64,000 bases of DNA. Origin: a virus (Duplodnaviria; Caudoviricetes). The notes under the pieces are model-generated. The model made no database searches. It was given only the letters and a program-made list of their open reading frames with translations, and was not told the origin of the DNA. The position numbers were made by a program, and so were the translations under genes. The stretch covers positions 1-64,000 of the IMG/VR virus record IMGVR_UViG_3300042275_000095, one strand, 5' to 3'. Shown here piece after piece: positions 12,901 through 21,900 of this stretch. The number at the start of each line of letters is the position of its first letter. The stretch's first letter is position 1.

Positions 12901-15900
12901 CAGTTACTAAAGGTAAAGTTAAAATTAAAGATAAAAATATAATAGGTTCTATTAATTATGCTTTATTAGGCGGTAGTATAAATGAAGATTTAAGTAACAG
13001 GATTGAATATGAATCATTGCTAGGTAAAGATTGGACAGTTAGCCAAATGCTATTTTATTTAAGTGATTATATGTTAATGAATAGCTCATCTGATGCTAGT
13101 AGAATATATGGTATATCAATTCCAAATAATAAATTCAAATTTAGAAATAGAAATGAATTTAATCAAATATATGAATTTGTACAAAATAGAAAACAATTAG
13201 ATTCTATTATTAAAAACCCTGCATTTATACAAATACGTAATATACTGTATGGTGAAATTAATGAAATGATTGTAGCAAGAAATGCATTTTTTAACATAGA
13301 TAATATAGATGGTACATTAGAAGTTAAAGATAATGTTAATCCAACTATTTTGTTACAAGGTGTACATAAAAATAAAAAAGGTGAACTATTAGATAAGAAT
13401 GGTAAAACTACAGGTAAAGTATTTACATTTGATAGTCTTAATATAAAACATAATGGTGTTTTATACTCATTTGAGGACTTTTTAGCTGAGGAAGGCATCA
13501 ATTTTATGCCAAATGGCGCACCTTTATTTAATAATGAACAATTATATAATAAAAGAGTTGAAAGCCTTGAAGAAGCTAAAAAAGATATAGCAAATAAAGA
13601 TTTCTTTGACGCTGTTGATTCATTTATAGGTGCTTATATTAAATCATTAATAAATGATAGAATTGCAACTATAAATCAATATAAGGATCAATTATTAGAA
13701 ATTCGCAAATCTGAAATGTCAGAAGTGAATAACTGGTATAATGAAAGTGAAATGATAATTCATCCTGAACAAATAGATATAAATAGGTGGGCTTACTCAT
13801 TTATCATAGATGAGCTATTGTCAAACTTTGATTGGAATAAAGTATTTCAAGGTGACACTATAGAGTTTGGGCCAGCTATTAAACAAAGTAAAAGGCTATC
13901 ACAAATAGGTAGACCTGGTGAAGCTATATTAAGTGATGCCTCTATGTTTACTATGACAATTAAAGATGCTAGTACTGAGAGTAATTTACTTAAACTTATA
14001 CATGATAGATTACCACAATTTGAAGAATACTATAAAGGAGCTGAGGGAATTAAAGATGAAGCTGCTAGTGATGGTATGACATATATGACTAGAAAAGGAT
14101 TTGAGAAATTTATAAAAGAGCAAGGACTAGAAGACAAATATGCACCATTTTTAGAAGCATTAGATAGTCAAGATTATAATTCAGATGCATTTAAATATGG
14201 TATTCAATCACTTAAAACATTTTATTTTAATAGAGATATAGCTGATTATGGAAATGGTTATATGAGAATGACCAGTGAGCAAATCAAACATTCTATATTT
14301 GTATTAACTGAAGATTTTGCATATAGCAAAGACCAACGTGATTTAATTAAGTTTATGGATAGGGTTGGTTTAGATATGATTGACTTTGCTAGTGCTGAGA
14401 AAGTAGGTGTTACGTCTGAGTATGAATTAATGGATCCTAAAACTAAGAGATTAAAAGATGTAAATAATATAAATTATGCGGATATAGCTTATTATATTAA
14501 AGCTAGACCCGTTAATAAATATCGTATTCAGTTACAATTACCTCAACATGGTTTAGATTATTCAGGTAAAGTTGCAACTCAGTTAAAGAGGCAATTTGAA
14601 AACTTAGAAATGGATAATAGGATATATGATATAGAAGGTCAGAAGTTTACAGGAGCTGAACTTTTTAAGATGTATCAACATTTATTTGCTCTTAATATAG
14701 AAGAGGAATCTTTAGCATTATATAAAGAGTTTGGTGTAGAAATGCATAACGGTATACCTATTAGAAATGAGCAAACTGGTTCATTGAGTATAAACAATAA
14801 TGCAATTTATAATTTCATACAGTCATTTGTTACTGAGTATTATAATGAAGCAAACTTAATGGAAGTTGTAGGTATTGACGACAATGGTCAAACTAAACTA
14901 CCTGTTTGGTTTACAACTATAGCTGGAAGATTACAACAACGTATTGTAGCTAGAATAAGAGAGCAAATCTTGCAACAAAAACAAGTTGGAGCGCATGCTG
15001 CAATTGTAGCTAATACATTTGTAAATGGAAGTTTTGATACTTTAGATAACGTTGATAGTTCTAAAATAACATTTAGAAAAGATTATTTAGATAAAGTAAA
15101 GAACGATAGAAATGGAGATATGACTTTACATATTGAACAACGTAAAGTCAAACAAGCTGATGGTACAACTAAGAAAATGCTTATTGCAGAAGCTATCATA
15201 AGTACTCCAAGTGGTAAGTTTGCAAGTAATGGTAAATTATTAAGTATTGATGAATTATATGAAGCTGACCCTAAAGTATTACAAATGTTAGCCCATCGTA
15301 TTCCAATAGAAGGTGAACAATCAATGATAATGATTGATGTTGTTGGAATTATGCATAATAAAGCTAGCCATGTAATATTACCTGATGATGTAGCTGTTAA
15401 ATCTGGAGCTGACTTTGATATTGATACATCATATATGATGTCATATAATTTAGAATATTATAATGGTAAAATACGAACTATACCATATTATGATAAGATA
15501 ACAGATGAAAATATTGATTATCTTTATGATAATTATATTAACAACAACATGACTGATTTATTACGTAATAACCTTAAAGCTATACGTAATGATTTTAATG
15601 CTCAAATGGAAGCTCAAATTCATGATGATAGAGCACTAACAAATGAGGAATTTAAAATAAAGCTAAAAGAATTATTTGAAGATAAAACGAAGTATACTGA
15701 ATTCTTTAATTTACCTGAAGGATTGCAAGAATCATTTAAAGTATTAGAAAAAGATTTTAAATCTCTAGGTTATAAAGGATTTAAGAAGTTTGAATTATAT
15801 GTAAATTTAGTAGATAGTTTGACAATTGTTTTAGCAATGTCTAGAAGTGCTGAACAAATAAGCGAATCTACAATAAATGATTTAATTGATGAACCTGCTG

Positions 15901-18900
15901 CACAAGTATTTCTAAATGATGCATATAATAATTTTAAAACTTTATCCGATAGAGAGTTTTCAGGATTAGCTTACACATTAGATAAGTTACAAAAAGAATA
16001 TAATGACAACTTAAAACATTATAGAAACAAGTTAGATGACTTATTAAATGATCATATTGCTAATCAATTAGCAATTAAAGAAGGTAGATGGAAAGATTAC
16101 CAATCTAATTTATCTGATGCATTAAATGAAATGAAAAAGAATTTAATGACTAAAGATGAATTTAAAAAGATACCTATTGAGGAAATAAATTCTAAGTTAG
16201 CTAGACAAAATAGATTATTAGATATAACAGCTTCTATTATTACATCTGATAATCATTTTGAAAATGTAATGAAAGTTAATGAGTTTCCAGATACTGAGAA
16301 TGCAGCTAAGGCTACTAATAAATTATGGGGAAATGACCTTAGTAACTTAGACCATAATAATGGTAATGATAGAGAAGTATTAAAAAACCTTAACTCTTCA
16401 GCTAAGAAACTAAAAGGTAATAGTATTGCATTTGATAGAACAATGTCTATTTTAAGACCTGTAAATGCAGAATTTGCTAATTTCCAAATACCTGTACCTA
16501 TTGCAAAAGCTGACTTAAAAGCTAGGAATATAACAATGGCTACCTTAGAAAAGAAATATGGGAAAGGTAACATAACTGAACAAGGTGACCATTTAGTTAT
16601 AATGGTATCTAAATTAGGTAACAATTTAACAGGTGATGGTACTACAATATTTGGTACTAATATATTTGAATTTATTAACCAAGCAACTGCCCATATTCTT
16701 GATTCTGCATCAAGGGCTACATCTAAGAACTTAAATGAATACACTTTAGGTGTTTATAAATTATTAAGTATTACAGGTATTACAAATCTTGTAGATTTCA
16801 CTACAAAGGGTTTAAGTAAAAGTGAAATAAATACTAAAGGTGCTACTGAAACTGCTTATTATTATGCAGATTTATTTATTAACCATCCAGCTGTAGTTGA
16901 AATAGCAGCTGAGTTTTTAGATAGAACTGGTATTTTAGCTAATAGCAAAAAGAGTACTGATACGTCTATTATCGTACGAGATATGAAAAATAGATATATT
17001 CAAGAAATGTACACTCAACTATTAGAACTAAATGAAGATATTACCATTGATGAAATAGAAAATAATATAAATAAAAATAAAGGTATTAAATCATTTGATA
17101 TTTTAAAGATTGATAGTACAACATTAAATACAATTTTAAATAAATTAAGCAATTTAATAACAGCTGAACTTAGAAAACTTGAACCTAATGCAGATAATGT
17201 ATCATTGGTAAGAGGCGTTCCAACTATAACATCAATAGAAAATGAAATAAAATATGAAGTTAAGAATGCAAATACATTACGTTCATTAGCAAATAAGTTT
17301 GCATATTTAGATCATTGGGCTACACTAAGAGAACAATCAAATCATATAACTCAAATAACTGGTATATTAAAGCAAGATTCTATAGAGTTAACTGATAGTG
17401 CTATTATAAAAATGGATTATAATATAGGTGAAAATGCTTTTAATCATGATGTACTATTAGAAGAGTTAATAAGATTAAGTAATACAGATATTAGATATTC
17501 GGACTTTATGTCAGAGTTTAATAGATTTAAACAATTGACAAATAAAGAGAAATACAATAAGGTATATAATGAATATCGTCAAGCAGGAATGAATATCAAA
17601 AAGCTGTATAAATTTACAGTTAATGGTCAAAACTTAATTGAAAGTATTTTACCAAGCGCATTTGGTTTAGAACAAGAAAGCTCATATGAAAGTTTAAATA
17701 CATTTTATAAATATGGAGTTGAATTAGCTAAGTCAATATCAAATTCAATGTTTGCATACAACTTCCCAGTTGGTAAAATGATAATTAATACGATAACTAA
17801 GAATGTTACAAACATGTCGGAACGTAACATAAAAACTGCTATTAATTGGTTTAATGGTTGGTTAGCTACTAGTTCTAACATGGCTAATATGCAAGCTCAT
17901 GAAAAGTATAGAATAATGTCATTAATAAATGAGCAATTTAATATAAAATTTAAAGGTGGCAATAACAATTTCACTATTTATAGAAGTGAGGAAGACTTTA
18001 AAGCTAACGTTCCTTTAACTGAAATAGAAATTGAACATTTAACATTATTAGAGAAAATTAATATAGTTAAACAATTAGGAGACTATGTAGATGATTATAC
18101 ATTTATAACTGATATGCGTGTTACAAATGATAAGAACTTTCCTGATAATTCATTTATTAAATTATTATTCCCATCAAATATATCAACTCAGGAAGCTCAA
18201 CGTCAAATAACAGCAATGTATTATGATAATGCTAATCCTATATTCAAATCATTAGTTGAAGATTTATATAAGTATTCATTCCTTAAAGATGGACTAGTAT
18301 TTGGAAATAAGATTTCAAAATTCTTACCTTTCAAGTTCTTAACTACTCCAGGCTTCATGGGTCAAAATACATCATTTGGACAAGAGTTACATATTCAAGC
18401 TAGTAAACTTCATACTTTAGAAGATTTAGCTATAACAGGTATGGGTGAAATTAATAGAGCATTCCATCAATCTAATTGGAATAATCCATCATTTGTACCT
18501 AACTTTTATATGGGTGGTGAAAATGATATTGTAATTGATTTGGCTAAATATAATAGAGATTTAGCAAACTTAAAACCTAAACAATTATTAATGGCTAAGA
18601 AATCAGTTATAGATAATCATAAATTATTAAGAGGTAAAGCTTATATAAAAGACGGACATACAGATAGATTATATGAATTAATACGAACTGATTTAACAGC
18701 TGATACTCAACAATCTGATTACTATTTTTATAGAGAAATTGAACGTAGAGATACATTTGAATATTCAAATACATATGTACAAACTTATAAAGTTAATGAT
18801 ATTGAAACTTTAAATGAGGCTGTAAGTTTAGTATTAAATGGTACTATTAATATTCCATTTAATGATGGAAACGTTAGTAGTTTAAAGAAAGCCAATGGTA

Positions 18901-21900
18901 CATTACTTAATACATCACAAGTTGGAACAGAGCTTACACCATTTGATTCATTAGGTACACATGAAAGAGTTGAATTTAAAGCTGAAGGTAATTATAATAC
19001 TTTATATTCATTAAATGTTGAGGTTGGAATTGATAGACTTGAAAGAATAGTTGCCACTAGTTCTGATATATCTATTGTTGTTGATACAGGTCAAACTGAT
19101 ATTCAAACTGACGATTTACAAAATAAATTAGCAGCTAGTAAATTAAATAATAAATTATTTAGAGTAGGTGGAATTAACTCAAGTAGTTTTATAAAGCAGG
19201 TAAGTGATATTATAAATAATAATATAAATGAGAATGATGCAATTAAATTATCAATTCATATACCATCTACAGGTTACATAAACGACTTAAGTGATTTTAA
19301 TGTTGTAGATATGCTTAATAGGTTAGCAAATGATTTAACTAAATTACCTATGCTAACTAAAGCTGGCCATATAACATTATTAATGGCTAATAATCCTACA
19401 ATAGCTGGACCAATATCATCTGTTATATCTGATATTCAATTTAGAAATGGATATAAACCTAATGTATCTGATGTAATTAATTCTAATGTACTATTCAGTA
19501 AAGGTTTTAGAACTTATAATTCTAATACTCAATTAGAAACTGATGATACTTATGACTATACAGATAATGAAGGTAATGTATATTCAATGGATTTATCAAA
19601 TCCTGAAACTGAATCTAGGATTGATGATTTAAGAGTTAATCAGGAAGCATTATATATGGGTAATAAGACTAATAAGGCAGCTTTTGAATTTATAAATGCA
19701 GCTGCTAAAGAGTCTAAAGCTAAAGTAAAAAGTGTATCTGCTCATATTACTGATATAGTAGGAAAGCGCACTAATGTAAATGTTGATGATTTTGATAAAC
19801 GTGCAGGTAGTGAATTGCATAGCTATTTATTACCAATTGTTAAAGATTTATTAGATAATGTAAAACCTGAGACAATTGAAAATGCTATTAACATTGCACA
19901 TAAAAACTTAATAGCTAAAGAGATAATAACAAGTAATGTAACAGCAGCTGACTTACTTAAAGTAGCAGGCGGTATAATGCAACAAATAGATTCGATTAGA
20001 ACTCAAAGTGGTGTAGATGTACATGAAGCATTTACTGAGTTAGTAATTGCATCTCTTAATCCAAATGCTAAAAATGGTTCTACTTTAACTACAGGCTCTA
20101 TTGATTTATTTGATATGAATAATAAAGGTGGAACTGTATTTGATATTAAATTTTCAAGTAGTACTACTAAGAGTGATACATATGCAGGAGTTGGGCCTAA
20201 TGAATCATTCTCTGCAAGATTTAGACATGCATTGCAAGGTACGTTCTATGCTAGAATGTTAGAAGTACCTGCAATGTTAAGATATAAAGGTATCAATTTA
20301 AAAGCTCCTAGGATATCACCTGATAATATATATTTAGGTAATATTAAAACTACATTAACTACACATGGTAAGAATAATAGACCTATTATAGATTCTTTAG
20401 AGGTAGAAGATTTTATTAATTTAAGTGCAACAACTGATTATATAGATGCTCGTGAGATAGTAAGAAGTGCTGATATATTACCAATGGATAATACAGAACG
20501 AGCACTATATAAAGAACATTTAAAATCGTTAGAACTTAGAGGCACTCAAGCAACAATCAGAAAGGCTAAAGATACAGTAGAAGCTATTAATGCTGCACTA
20601 GTTGCTATGGAACATGAATATGGTAATGGGCCGTATAAAGAGTTAATACAATCACTTACAGCATTAATTCCTGAGCTTACTGAAAAGATGGATATTACTA
20701 GTCTAGATGTAATGTTATCTAAAATTATAAATAATCTAAGAGACTTTACAGCATTTGGGTTACGTAATATTACATATTTGGAAGAACGTGCTAAGTATTA
20801 TAATGATCCTAAATTAAGTATGTATCAACTTGTAAGGAGTATTAACAATTCTAATAGATTTGTTAAGGATATGAACCTTATAAATAAAATGGTTAATATA
20901 GTTAAAGGTGCTCAAGATTTAACACTTATTGAAACTGAAGGCATTGATAATATATTAACAGCTAACTTAATAGACGCTTATAATAATACTGTAGAAGGAT
21001 TAACAAGTGGTGAAAATGGATTGTTAAATAAGGCTTTAGAATTACATAAAATATACTCTCAGTCAATTAGAGAATATATGACTGAATTAATAGCATTTAA
21101 TAGTAGAAATCCTAAAGTTCAAGAGTTCATAATTAGAAACGAAGATGGAAGTATAGATTTTGAACAAACAGATACAAATGTATTATTTAGATTTGAAGAT
21201 ATATCTATTCCAGCTTTATGGTTAGATTCTAGATTTGACCACGGTATTCCATTTGATGATGCAATAGGTATGACTGATAGAGTTATTAAAGATAAGATTA
21301 ATCACGAAAAGCAAATGGAAAGGTTAGTCTTTTATAAGTTATTAGCTAAAGCATATAAAGGTGATGATAAATGGAGATATAAAGGTGATACTTTAAAGAA
21401 ATCAGCTGAAATTACTAAATGGTTTAAAGATATATTCATGGCTAAAGACTATGATGGTAAGGATACAATGCATTTAGTAACTGCCCATAATGAACAAATC
21501 TTTTATGGTAAGATAGTAGATATGATCGCTAGAATACAAATAGCTACAGAGTCATGGGAAGAGAATGAAGCTAAAGAGCTAAGAAAGAAACTAGAAGAAG
21601 AAGGCTTAAATGAAAATCAAATAAAATATGAATTAAAAAAGGCAAGGTCTGCTTCTAGAATTAACTTATTAAAAGAATATGAAGAGTTTTATAATAAATA
21701 TGGAGATAAACTTGGTGCTAGTAAAGTAGTAGTAGGAGAAGGTGCGACCAGAGTTGAAATGTCAATTAAGAACTTTATTGATAAATATACATCTGGTATG
21801 AATGAACAACAAAAGCGTATATTCTTAGCATATCATGGTATCATTCGTGACCCATATAGAAAGTTAATTGTTTTAAGACCTAAGAGTAAAGCCTTAGATA

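Noticed and set aside
3987-16744. Minus-strand ORFs inside the large plus-strand genes (e.g. 4699-5541, 16253-16744)
   Set aside because: Antisense shadows of real genes with S/L/F-rich, non-protein-like composition.
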